From: Candidatus Nanopelagicales bacterium
GTDB taxonomy: Bacteria > Actinomycetota > Actinomycetes > S36-B12
DNA length: 63,278 nt
Direction: 5' to 3'
NCBI GenBank assembly: GCA_030830865.1
Contig: JAURME010000090.1
Coordinates: 1 to 63,278, forward strand
Numbering within the stretch: position 1 is the first letter of the stretch; the number at the start of each line of letters is the position of its first letter. Positions 52,760 through 60,481 of the stretch are shown piece by piece. Both the position numbers and the translations under genes were made by a program. The notes under the pieces were generated by a model, which was not told where the DNA came from, did not search any database, and saw only the letters and a program-made list of their open reading frames with translations.

Positions 52760-53344
52760 ATGGTGAAGTTCAGGGTTCTGTCGCGTATTGCGGCAGGTGT
52801 GGTGCTCGTGGTGGCGGTGGTCGCTGGGGCCAGCGCCGCGTCAGCGGAGGTCGCCGGTATCGATTGGACCAGCCGCACCAGCGCCGCCGACAATGATTGG
52901 TATTCGGTGACCTACGGCAATGGTCTGTTTGTTGCCGTCGCCGGCTCGGGTACCGGTAACCAGGTGATGACGTCCCCTGATGGCATCACGTGGACCAGCC
53001 GCACCAGCGCCGCCGACAATGTTTGGAATTCGGTGACCTACGGCAATGGTCTGTTTGTTGTCGTCGCCAACTCCGGTACCGGTAACCGCGTGATGACGTC
53101 CCGCAGCACGACTACTCAGTGGACCGTGATCAATCAAGGCGCGCCCATGCCCGCCACAGGCTTATGTGAGGGAATCGATGACACCGAATTCGCCTACGGA
53201 ACCGGCGTTAGCGGTGGCTGGGTACGCGGATGGGAACCATGGGTCAACACAACTATCGGTGCTGACGGGCAGCGAAAGGGAGGCTGGGCGTGCATTCGCC
53301 AGCTAGTCAACACAGGTGGCGATGTATGGAGGATCCAGTCTTAA
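52760..53344 (+). CDS. secreted protein with two 42-aa W..V.YGNG.FV.V repeats and a 2-Cys C-terminal domain
   Basis: ATG 52760 (or 52748). Signal peptide MVKFRVLSRIAAGVVLVVAVVAGASAASA. Repeats: GIDWTSRTSAADNDWYSVTYGNGLFVAVAGSGTGNQVMTSPD and GITWTSRTSAADNVWNSVTYGNGLFVVVANSGTGNRVMTSRS. Confidence 0.6.
   Translation: MVKFRVLSRIAAGVVLVVAVVAGASAASAEVAGIDWTSRTSAADNDWYSVTYGNGLFVAVAGSGTGNQVMTSPDGITWTSRTSAADNVWNSVTYGNGLFVVVANSGTGNRVMTSRSTTTQWTVINQGAPMPATGLCEGIDDTEFAYGTGVSGGWVRGWEPWVNTTIGADGQRKGGWACIRQLVNTGGDVWRIQS
52856..53107 (+). repeat. 2 x 126-bp in-frame tandem duplication (52856-52981, 52982-53107)
   Basis: Aligned by eye, about 17 mismatches in 126 nt. Confidence 0.85.
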
Positions 53345-53411
53345 CCCAAGATGCGGTGACTGCCGAGTGACGTCGGCGTTTCGCCCGCTCACAGGCAGGT
53401 TTCATCCGATG

Positions 53412-53485
53412 TGCCCCGGGTGGGATTCGAACCCACACTGGACGGTGTTTGAGACCGCTTCCTCTGCCGGTTGGGATACCGGGGC
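53412..53485 (-). tRNA. 74-nt tRNA with anticodon CAA (Leu codon UUG) but a 5-nt variable loop; atypical
   Basis: Reverse complement: GCCCCGG-TA-TCC-CAACCGGCAGA-GGA-A-GCGGT-CTCAAAC-ACCGT-CCAGT-GTGGG-TTCGAAT-CCCAC-CCGGGGC-A. All stems pair (one G-U). U33, A37 and A73 are present. Confidence 0.75.
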
Positions 53486-53555
53486 GCAGCGCCCATCGTA
53501 GGACCCGAGCACGTGCCTATGACGCCGGACGCCAGCGCTGACCTACGCTGATGAC

Positions 53556-54149
53556 ATGGTGTCCGAGGTGTCCCCGATCACCGTGCTCGTGGCAGAGGAC
53601 GAGGCGCTCATCCGCATGGACCTCGTCGAAATGCTCCGGGAGTGCGGCTACGAGGTTGTCGGGCAGGTCGCCGACGGTCAAGCAGCTGTCGATCGCGCGC
53701 GCGAGCTCCGCCCCGGCGTCGTCTTCATGGATGTGGCTATGCCTCGCCGGGATGGTCTGTCCGCGGCGGAGGAGATCATTGGAGCAGGTTGGGCTCCTGT
53801 CGTCATGGTCACCGCCTTCAGTCAGCGGGAGACAGTGCAGCGGGCTGTCGATGCCGGTGTTCTCGGATTCCTCGTCAAGCCGTTCGTGCGCGCGGATCTG
53901 GCGCCGGCCATCGAGGTGGCTGTCGCACGTTGGCAGCAGATGACAGCGCTCAACGTTCAGGTGGCCGGGCTCAGGGAGCGCCAGGAAGCGCGTGAGGTCG
54001 TGGACCGGGCCAAGGGGCTCCTCCAGACTCGGCTGGGCATGACCGAGCCGGAGGCGTTCGCGTACCTGCGCAAGGAGGCGATGGACAGTCGCGTCACACT
54101 GGCAGAGGTGGCCGCCGCGGTACTCGCGGAGACCGATCAACGGACATGA
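53556..54149 (+). CDS. pdtaR: ANTAR-domain response regulator (PdtaR-like)
   Basis: Receiver domain VLVAEDEALIRMDL..MDVAMP..DG. C-terminal ANTAR helix pattern EAREVVDRAKGLL......TEPEAFAYLRKEAMDSR. Confidence 0.85.
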   Translation: MVSEVSPITVLVAEDEALIRMDLVEMLRECGYEVVGQVADGQAAVDRARELRPGVVFMDVAMPRRDGLSAAEEIIGAGWAPVVMVTAFSQRETVQRAVDAGVLGFLVKPFVRADLAPAIEVAVARWQQMTALNVQVAGLRERQEAREVVDRAKGLLQTRLGMTEPEAFAYLRKEAMDSRVTLAEVAAAVLAETDQRT

Positions 54150-54264
54150 TGGGCTCGCGAGGCGCGTGAAAGGGGCCGAAAGGTCACAGATCGGTCACGA
54201 AGAGCCAACGAAGCGCCCACTGGCTACCCGCGGGTAACACCTGTCACCGTAGAGTGTCGGCAAC

Positions 54265-54283
54265 GCGACGGGTCCGCCGTCGC
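54265..54283 (+). promoter_or_regulatory. 7-bp GC hairpin followed by a pyrimidine/U-rich tract in the 157-nt pdtaR/binding-protein spacer, possible attenuator
   Basis: gcgacgg-gtccg-ccgtcgc, then cgttcctttcct, then the AAGGAG ribosome-binding site and ATG 54307. Confidence 0.3.
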
Positions 54284-54306
54284 CGTTCCTTTCCTAAGGA
54301 GACTGC

Positions 54307-55710
54307 ATGAAGCGCACAACGGTCCTCAAGACCGCTGCGGTGCTCGGTGTGGCTTCGCTGACTCTCGCCGCCTGCGGCGGGAGCAGCGATTCCGCCGAGA
54401 CCGACGCAGCGGCCAGCGAGCCCGCAGCTGCCGAGGAGGCCCCTGCTGAGGAGCCTGCAGAAGAGCCGGCTGCCGAGGAGGCTCCGATGGAGGAGGCTCC
54501 CGCCGCTGGCGGCGTGCCGCTGTACCTCGTCGACGGCAACACGGGCAATGCACTGGGTGAGAAGCTGCCTGCCGGCACGCTCAACGGCGTCAAGGGCACG
54601 ATCCCGGGTGCGGAGAACACTCAGGACTTCAAGGATGCCCTCCTCGAGGTCGACCCGGAGCTGATCGACTTCGCGTACGCGCCGGAGTCCTACGACGCCG
54701 TCATCCTCGCCGCGCTCGCTGCGGCTAAGGCCGGGTCCGACGCTGGTGTCGACATGGCCAAGGAGCTGGTGGGCATCACCAACGGCACGGAGATCTGCAA
54801 CGACTACGCCGGTTGCCTCGCGCTCCTTCAGGAGGGCAAGGACATCGACTACAACGGTCGTTCGGGTGCCGTGAACTTCTGGGACGCCGGTGACCCCACC
54901 AGCGCTTCCATCGGTGTCTACACCTTCGGTCCGGACAATGTCCTCCTGCCTGAGGTTGCCTACGCATCCGGTGAGATCGTGCCGGACGGAGAGGCCAACC
55001 CGATCGACGGCAAGCCGCAGGACGGCGCCAATGACGGCGTCTTCAAGGTGGGCACCTTCCTGCCCATCACTGGCAGCCTTGCCTTCCTCGGCCCACCGGA
55101 GGTCGCGGGCGTGAGACTGGCGATCAAGGACATCAAGGCTGCCGGTGGTATCCCCGGCTTCGACAAGATCGTCCTCGAAGAGGGTGACTCCGGCGATACC
55201 TCGACCGAGACCGGCAAGCAGACCGTCAAGCGTCTTCTGCCCCTCGGCATCGACATCCTCGTCGGTGCGGCGTCGTCCGGGTCCAGCCTCCAGGTCCTCG
55301 ATGAGGTCACGGGTGCTGGTGTCCTGATGATCAGCCCGGCCAACACCTCCCCGGCGCTGACCACCGCTCCTGACAGCGGCCTCTACTGGCGCACTGCCCC
55401 CTCGGACGTGCTCCAGGGTGCCTTCGTCGGCGGCATGATGCTGCAGGATGGCTACACCAAGATCGCCATCATGTCCCTCCAGGACGCCTATGGTGACGGC
55501 CTCAACGCCAACATCACCAAGGCTGTCACTGAGGGCGGTGGCGAGGTCGTCGCCAACGTCGTCTACGACCCGACTGCCGCTGATTTCGCTGCTGACGTTG
55601 CGAAGATCAAGGCTGCCGGCCCCGAGGCGATCGTCCTCATCGGCTTCGACGAGTCCGCTCAGATCATCCAGGAGATGGTCAAGCAGGGCATCGGCCCGAA
55701 CGCCGGCTGA
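54307..55710 (+). CDS. ABC transporter substrate-binding lipoprotein, LivJ/LivK (branched-chain amino acid / amide) family
   Basis: Lipobox LTLAACGGS, an acidic A/E/P linker, then a type I periplasmic-binding fold (FLPITGSLAFLG, VGAASSG). Confidence 0.8.
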   Translation: MKRTTVLKTAAVLGVASLTLAACGGSSDSAETDAAASEPAAAEEAPAEEPAEEPAAEEAPMEEAPAAGGVPLYLVDGNTGNALGEKLPAGTLNGVKGTIPGAENTQDFKDALLEVDPELIDFAYAPESYDAVILAALAAAKAGSDAGVDMAKELVGITNGTEICNDYAGCLALLQEGKDIDYNGRSGAVNFWDAGDPTSASIGVYTFGPDNVLLPEVAYASGEIVPDGEANPIDGKPQDGANDGVFKVGTFLPITGSLAFLGPPEVAGVRLAIKDIKAAGGIPGFDKIVLEEGDSGDTSTETGKQTVKRLLPLGIDILVGAASSGSSLQVLDEVTGAGVLMISPANTSPALTTAPDSGLYWRTAPSDVLQGAFVGGMMLQDGYTKIAIMSLQDAYGDGLNANITKAVTEGGGEVVANVVYDPTAADFAADVAKIKAAGPEAIVLIGFDESAQIIQEMVKQGIGPNAG

Positions 55711-55722
55711 TAGCAGAACCCC

Positions 55723-55760
55723 GAGAGCGGGGGTCGTCCTTCGGGACGGCCCCCGCTCTC
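55723..55760 (+). terminator. 17-bp-stem intrinsic terminator after the binding-protein gene
   Basis: gagagcgggggtcgtcc-ttcg-ggacggcccccgctctc, followed by ttct. Confidence 0.7.
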
Positions 55761-55836
55761 TTCTGTCCGGGCTTTCTTCTGTCCGGGCGAAGGGCGCCGC
55801 TGACGGGTATCCGCCAGTGCCCCCGTAGTGGGGGGC

Positions 55837-56709
55837 CTAGGCCTGTGCGAGGGTGCCCAGGTAGAGGTGCACAACCTGAGGATCGGTGGCCAGTTGGCGG
55901 CCCGATCCTGTGTAGGCATTGCGGCCCTGATCGAGCACATAACCGCGATCGACGATCTGCAGGCACCGCATGGCGTTCTGCTCGACGATGATGACGGTCA
56001 CCCCGGTGGCATTGATCTCCTTGACGCGCACGAACACCTCGTCGGTCAGGAGGGGAGACAGCCCGGCCGAGGGCTCATCGAGCAGCAGTACGGAGGGATC
56101 CATCATCAGGGCTCGGCCCATGGCGACCATCTGCCGCTCGCCACCGGACAACTGTCCGGCGCGCTGGGCCCGGCGTTCACCGAGGGCGGGAAACAGATCG
56201 CACACGAAGTCGAACCGCTCACGGAACTTCTTGGGCTCCTGGTAACAGCCCATCTCCAGATTCTCCTGGATGGTCAGTGAGGGGAACACGTTGTTGCTCT
56301 GCGGCACGAAGCCGATGCCCATGGACACCAGGCGGTCCGCTCGGACGTTCGTGATGTCCTCTCCGGAAAGGGTTACCTGACCGGTATGCACCTTGACCAG
56401 GCCGAACAGGGCCTTCAGCAGGGTCGACTTTCCCGCTCCGTTGGGCCCGATGATGCCGACCAGTTCACCGCGCTTGGCGTACAGGTCGCAGCCGTTGAGG
56501 ATGTTGACGCCGGGGAGGTAGCCAGCCGTCAGGTCATCGGCGACAATGACCGCGTCCTTGGCGCCTGCGACATGCGCGCTCCGATCTTGGATCTCGGAGT
56601 TGCTGAGGGCTCGGGGCTCCGCGCGCTGAGCCGCATCAAGGTCAAGTGCCTCTTCCCGCTCGTGCGGGGAGACGTACTGCGGGCGATCGCCCGGAAGCAT
56701 GTCGCTCAT
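55837..56709 (-). CDS. livF: branched-chain amino acid ABC transporter ATP-binding protein (LivF-type)
   Basis: GPNGAGKST, LSGGERQM, LLLDEPSAGLSP. Last gene of an H-M-G-F order. Confidence 0.8.
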   Translation of the reverse strand: MSDMLPGDRPQYVSPHEREEALDLDAAQRAEPRALSNSEIQDRSAHVAGAKDAVIVADDLTAGYLPGVNILNGCDLYAKRGELVGIIGPNGAGKSTLLKALFGLVKVHTGQVTLSGEDITNVRADRLVSMGIGFVPQSNNVFPSLTIQENLEMGCYQEPKKFRERFDFVCDLFPALGERRAQRAGQLSGGERQMVAMGRALMMDPSVLLLDEPSAGLSPLLTDEVFVRVKEINATGVTVIIVEQNAMRCLQIVDRGYVLDQGRNAYTGSGRQLATDPQVVHLYLGTLAQA

Positions 56710-57611
56710 GAGTCACTCGATTCCTGCGTGAACGACACTCCGGTGTCGGTCAGGGCCTTGTCGTGGTGTCCACCCAGATACGCGGAGATCACCGCTTCGT
56801 TGCGCATGACCTCATCCGGGGGACCTTCAGCGATCACCTGCCCCTGCGCCATGACAATGACCCAGTCGCTGATGTCGCGGACCACGTCCATGTCGTGCTC
56901 GACGAACAGCACCGTCATGCCGTCCTCACGCAGGCCCTTGATGTGCTCCAGGAGGGACTGGGTGAGGGCGGGGTTGACGCCTGCCATCGGCTCGTCGAGC
57001 ATGACCATGGTCGGATCGGTCATGAGGGCTCGGGCCATCTCGAGAAGCTTGCGCTGGCCGCCGGAGAGGGAGCCTGCGAAGTCCTCTCTCTTCTCGAACA
57101 GCTTGAAGCGCGACAGGAGTTCATCGGCCTTGGCCGTGATGGTCTTCTCCTGGCCCCGCCAAAGACCCAGAATGGCCTGAAGCATGCGCTCGCCGACCTG
57201 GTTGGTGCCCCCCAATCGCATGTTGTCGATGACCGTCATCTTCGACAGGGCCTTCGTCAGCTGGAACGTGCGAACCATCCCCATTCGTGCGACGCGATAG
57301 GAGGGCACTCCAGCAATGTCCTTGCCGTTGAACAGCCAACTGCCCGAGTCAGGAGTGTCGAAGCCCGTCAGCAGGTTGAAGAAAGTTGTCTTCCCAGCGC
57401 CGTTCGGACCCACAAGAGCGGTGATGGAACCCCGCTGGATCTCCACATGCTTCACATCGACGGCGGTCAGTCCGCCGAAGTTTCGATGCACGCCATCTGC
57501 GACGAGGATCGGATCGGGCTTGGGCACACCGGGTTCGCGCGGTACGTCAGCGAGGAAACGAACCGCCTCCTCGTGCTTGGGCATGGCGCTGGTGCTCGCG
57601 CTATCGGGCAT
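56706..57611 (-). CDS. livG: branched-chain amino acid ABC transporter ATP-binding protein (LivG-type)
   Basis: FGGLTAV, GPNGAGKTTFFN, LSGGQRKLLE, MLDEPMAGVNP, VEHDMD. Confidence 0.8.
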   Translation of the reverse strand: MPDSASTSAMPKHEEAVRFLADVPREPGVPKPDPILVADGVHRNFGGLTAVDVKHVEIQRGSITALVGPNGAGKTTFFNLLTGFDTPDSGSWLFNGKDIAGVPSYRVARMGMVRTFQLTKALSKMTVIDNMRLGGTNQVGERMLQAILGLWRGQEKTITAKADELLSRFKLFEKREDFAGSLSGGQRKLLEMARALMTDPTMVMLDEPMAGVNPALTQSLLEHIKGLREDGMTVLFVEHDMDVVRDISDWVIVMAQGQVIAEGPPDEVMRNEAVISAYLGGHHDKALTDTGVSFTQESSDS

Positions 57612-58596
57612 CGAGGGCCAACTCCCTTCGATCTCCGAGGATTCCTTGTGGCCTGTAGATCATCAGGAGCATCAGACCCAGGCCCACGAGCATGACCCGC
57701 AGGACGGCAGCCTGCGTTCCATCCATGAGCGAGATGATCGGGAGGCCCGCATCGATGCCTTCGCGCAGGAACACGTCGGTGCCCTGGAAGAGGGCCCAGA
57801 AGATCACCGTGCCCAGCACCGGTCCGAACACTCGCGCCGCACCGCCGAGAATGAGGATGGCGTAGGCGAAGAAGGTCGCGTCGGTCTTGAAGGAGTCGGG
57901 GTTGACGTTTTGTGCTCCCACCGCCGTGACGAAGCCCGCCAGTGCGCCGAAGATGCCGCCGAGGACCAGGGCCTGCATCTTGTAGACGAAGACGTTCTTG
58001 CCGAGGCTGCGCACAGCGTCCTCATCCTCGCGGATGCCCTTGACGACGCGGCCCCACGGTGAACGGACAAGCAGCCAGACGACCAGACAGGCAAGGGCGA
58101 CCAGACTCCAGCCCACGATGTAGGTGAACAGCTGTCGATCGTTGACGACCGCGGGTCCGATCCTCAGGTCCGCATCGGCGGAAAGGAAGCTGAGCTCGAA
58201 GAACCCGTCGGCGAAGGCCTGCTTGCCGTCAGAGCCGCCGAAGATTTCCTTGAAGGCCACCGAGCGCAGGATGAGTCGGATGATCTCCGCCGCTGCGATC
58301 GTGACGATGGCCAGATAATCGGCCCGCAAGCGCAGGGTGGGTACGCCCAGCAGCAGGGCGAGGAGGACCGCGCCGATGAGGCCGAACAGCACGCCCCACC
58401 AGAAACTCAGCCCGAGTTCGACGACGGTCACGGCCACCGCGTAGCCGCCGACGGCCATGAAGGCAGCCTGGCCAAAGTTGAGCAGCCCGGTGTAGCCGAA
58501 CTGGACGTTGATGCCGATGGCCGCGAGACCGAACACGATCGCCTGCAGGCCGAAGGCCGACGTGACCATGACGGCGAAGATGTATCCCCAATCCAT
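57601..58596 (-). CDS. livM: branched-chain amino acid ABC transporter permease (LivM-type)
   Basis: Start taken at ATG 58596, 11 nt after the livH stop. GYTGLLNFGQAAFMAVGGY motif. Confidence 0.8.
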   Translation of the reverse strand: MDWGYIFAVMVTSAFGLQAIVFGLAAIGINVQFGYTGLLNFGQAAFMAVGGYAVAVTVVELGLSFWWGVLFGLIGAVLLALLLGVPTLRLRADYLAIVTIAAAEIIRLILRSVAFKEIFGGSDGKQAFADGFFELSFLSADADLRIGPAVVNDRQLFTYIVGWSLVALACLVVWLLVRSPWGRVVKGIREDEDAVRSLGKNVFVYKMQALVLGGIFGALAGFVTAVGAQNVNPDSFKTDATFFAYAILILGGAARVFGPVLGTVIFWALFQGTDVFLREGIDAGLPIISLMDGTQAAVLRVMLVGLGLMLLMIYRPQGILGDRRELALDAR

Positions 58597-58606
58597 GATG
58601 TGCCCC

Positions 58607-59890
58607 CTAACCGATGCGCTCGCGACGACCGAGAAGGCCATACGGACGGACAAGGAGAATGATGATCAGGACCAGGAGAGCTCCCACGTTCTTGAGCTCG
58701 GTGGGGATGATGAGCGTGGTGAGCTGGATGAACAGACCGACGATGATGGAGCCGAAAATTGCGCCGGCGATGGTGCCGAGACCGCCAAGAGTGACGGCGG
58801 CGAAGACCAGCAGGAGGATCTGGAAGCCCATCTGGAAGGACACCTGCTGGGTAAAGCCCAAGAGCATGCCACCCAACCCGGCCAGCGCACCGCCGATGAT
58901 CCACACGAAGGTGATGACTCGTTCCACGTTGATGCCGGCTCCCGCGGCGAGGCTCGGATTGTCCGACACAGCGCGAGTCGCCTTGCCCAGTCGCGTCTTG
59001 GCGAGTACGAGCACCGTCGCCGCGAGCGCGACAATCGCGACCACGAAGATGGCGAGGTCGGTCGGGGTGAGGGAGACGGGGCCGAAGGCGATGCCGGCCA
59101 TGCCCGCGTATTCGGAGTAGGACTTCTTGTCTGCGCCGATGAAGAACTGGTAGAAGTTGCGCAGGAACAGGGCCAGGCCGATGGAGACGATCATCATGGC
59201 GATGAGGCCGGTTCCGCGTTTTCTCAGGGGTCTCCACAGTGCTGCGTTGTTGAGCCAGCCGAAGGCTGCGGAGAGCAGAAGGCCGCCGATGGCGGCGATG
59301 AAGAAGTTCAGGCCGAGCCCGGCGTTGAGGACCCAGGTGGCGAGGGCGCCGAAGCTGATGAGCTCGCCGTGGGCGAAGTTCACCAGGCCGGTGGTTCCGT
59401 AGATGATCGACAGGCCGAGGGCGCCGAGGGCGATGAGCAGACCGAACTCCAGACCGGACACCGTGAGCTGGGCCGCCTGCTCCCAGAGGGAGGTGGTCAC
59501 GGCGGTGCTGACACCCAGGGGGAACGTGACCGTCTTCAGGCCGCCGAAGAGCGGAGGCTTGACGGGCACCTGCTCAATGGTGACCTTGTCCGCTTCGGTC
59601 AGGCCGACCCCCTCCGGGAGGGTCTCCACGTTGATGGTGACGTCGTACGTGCCCAGGTCCGGAAGCTCAACCCGCCAGACGCCGACGGCGTCGCTGGTGG
59701 CGCTGCCCTCAAAACCGCCGCCGACGACGGTGATCTCGACACCTGCAACCGGGACCTTGGTGCCATCCACACGGTTCTCGAGCTTGCCGCCAATCGCCTG
59801 ACCGTCCGCTGACGCAGGGGAGGCGAGGAACGACAGCGCAAGAAACGCGATGATGACGGTCCCGAGCGCGGCAAGGATGCGTCGAAGCAC
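58607..59890 (-). CDS. livH: LivH-type permease fused to an N-terminal signal peptide plus an about 100-aa secreted beta-rich domain
   Basis: GTG 59890 after GGGAAGGGG. Residues about 135-428 are a normal LivH (GLVNFAHGE...). Residues 1-134 are a signal peptide (ASPASA) followed by G.L..RVDG..VPVAGVEITV...G...TSD..G.W.V.LP..G.Y.V pattern. Confidence 0.75.
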   Translation of the reverse strand: MLRRILAALGTVIIAFLALSFLASPASADGQAIGGKLENRVDGTKVPVAGVEITVVGGGFEGSATSDAVGVWRVELPDLGTYDVTINVETLPEGVGLTEADKVTIEQVPVKPPLFGGLKTVTFPLGVSTAVTTSLWEQAAQLTVSGLEFGLLIALGALGLSIIYGTTGLVNFAHGELISFGALATWVLNAGLGLNFFIAAIGGLLLSAAFGWLNNAALWRPLRKRGTGLIAMMIVSIGLALFLRNFYQFFIGADKKSYSEYAGMAGIAFGPVSLTPTDLAIFVVAIVALAATVLVLAKTRLGKATRAVSDNPSLAAGAGINVERVITFVWIIGGALAGLGGMLLGFTQQVSFQMGFQILLLVFAAVTLGGLGTIAGAIFGSIIVGLFIQLTTLIIPTELKNVGALLVLIIILLVRPYGLLGRRERIG

Positions 59891-60039
59891 GCTGCCAACC
59901 CCTTCCCGGACCCGTGTCGACTCACATCGATCACATGAGCCTCGGGAAGGATATCCATCAGTCGGCCTTCCTCGCCTCCTTTCGGAGCAAACGGTCACCC
60001 AAACACGACAGCTCCGCGTAGGGGAGGGGACTGACCGCT

Positions 60040-60459
60040 CTACACGTCCCTGATCAGGCAGGTCAGACGCCCTGTGCACACCCGGCGACCCTCGTCATCG
60101 ACGATCGCTACCTCGTAACTTGTCACCGTGCGCCCCAACGACAGGGGTGTCGCTGTCGCCGTCACCGAACCTGTGCGGACGCCGCGGTGATGGGTGCAGG
60201 TGATGTCCAGTCCGACGACGGCCTTGCCCTTGCCCGCGTGGAGAGCGGCGCCGATGGACCCTGCCGTCTCCACGAGTATGGCGTTGGCACCCCCGTGCAG
60301 AAGACCAAAAGGCTGGGTGTTGCCCTCGACCGGCATGGAGATGACCACTCTCTCAGGAGCGGCCTCGATCACCACCATTCCCATGGCCTCGCCCAGCGGA
60401 CCGAGTGGGGCGGAGGAGGGTCGGGGGGGTTGCGTCTGCGGCGATGGCGTCTGGCTCAT
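60040..60459 (-). CDS. PaaI-family hotdog-fold thioesterase
   Basis: G.LHGGA...ET core. 139 aa. Confidence 0.8.
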   Translation of the reverse strand: MSQTPSPQTQPPRPSSAPLGPLGEAMGMVVIEAAPERVVISMPVEGNTQPFGLLHGGANAILVETAGSIGAALHAGKGKAVVGLDITCTHHRGVRTGSVTATATPLSLGRTVTSYEVAIVDDEGRRVCTGRLTCLIRDV

Positions 60460-60481
60460 GGGGCGAGAATAGGATTCCGGG

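Larger units (their letters stand above)
52331..53410. mobile_element. about 1.1-kb remnant islet between the att-like repeats at tRNA(CAA); no integrase
   Basis: Bounded by the 19-nt repeats. Contains about 430 bp with no convincing ORF plus one secreted-protein gene. Locally more AT-rich, e.g. aagtatttttgg. Confidence 0.45.

Noticed and set aside
52331-52760. Integrase/recombinase remnant or structured ncRNA in the ORF-poor part of the tRNA(CAA) islet. Also a TTGACA at 52710-52715 as a promoter.
   Set aside because: None of the six frames shows HxLRH/Y-type recombinase motifs. I recognise no RNA family. The TTGACA lacks a convincing TANNNT -10 element at the right spacing. This needs a computational search, so it is not claimed.
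54150-54306. Canonical ANTAR dual-hexaloop RNA target in the pdtaR/binding-protein spacer.
   Set aside because: By eye I could find only one modest hairpin with a 5-nt loop and a short palindrome (tacccgcgggta). There is no pair of A..G.. hexaloops, so only a hypothesis is reported, not a feature.
55761-55788. Short tandem ttctgtccgggc repeat after the binding-protein terminator, and a 10-nt gattggtgc duplication at about 52403-52422.
   Set aside because: Only two copies each, in non-coding DNA next to hairpins. Most simply explained as slippage, with no CRISPR-like or regulatory periodicity.
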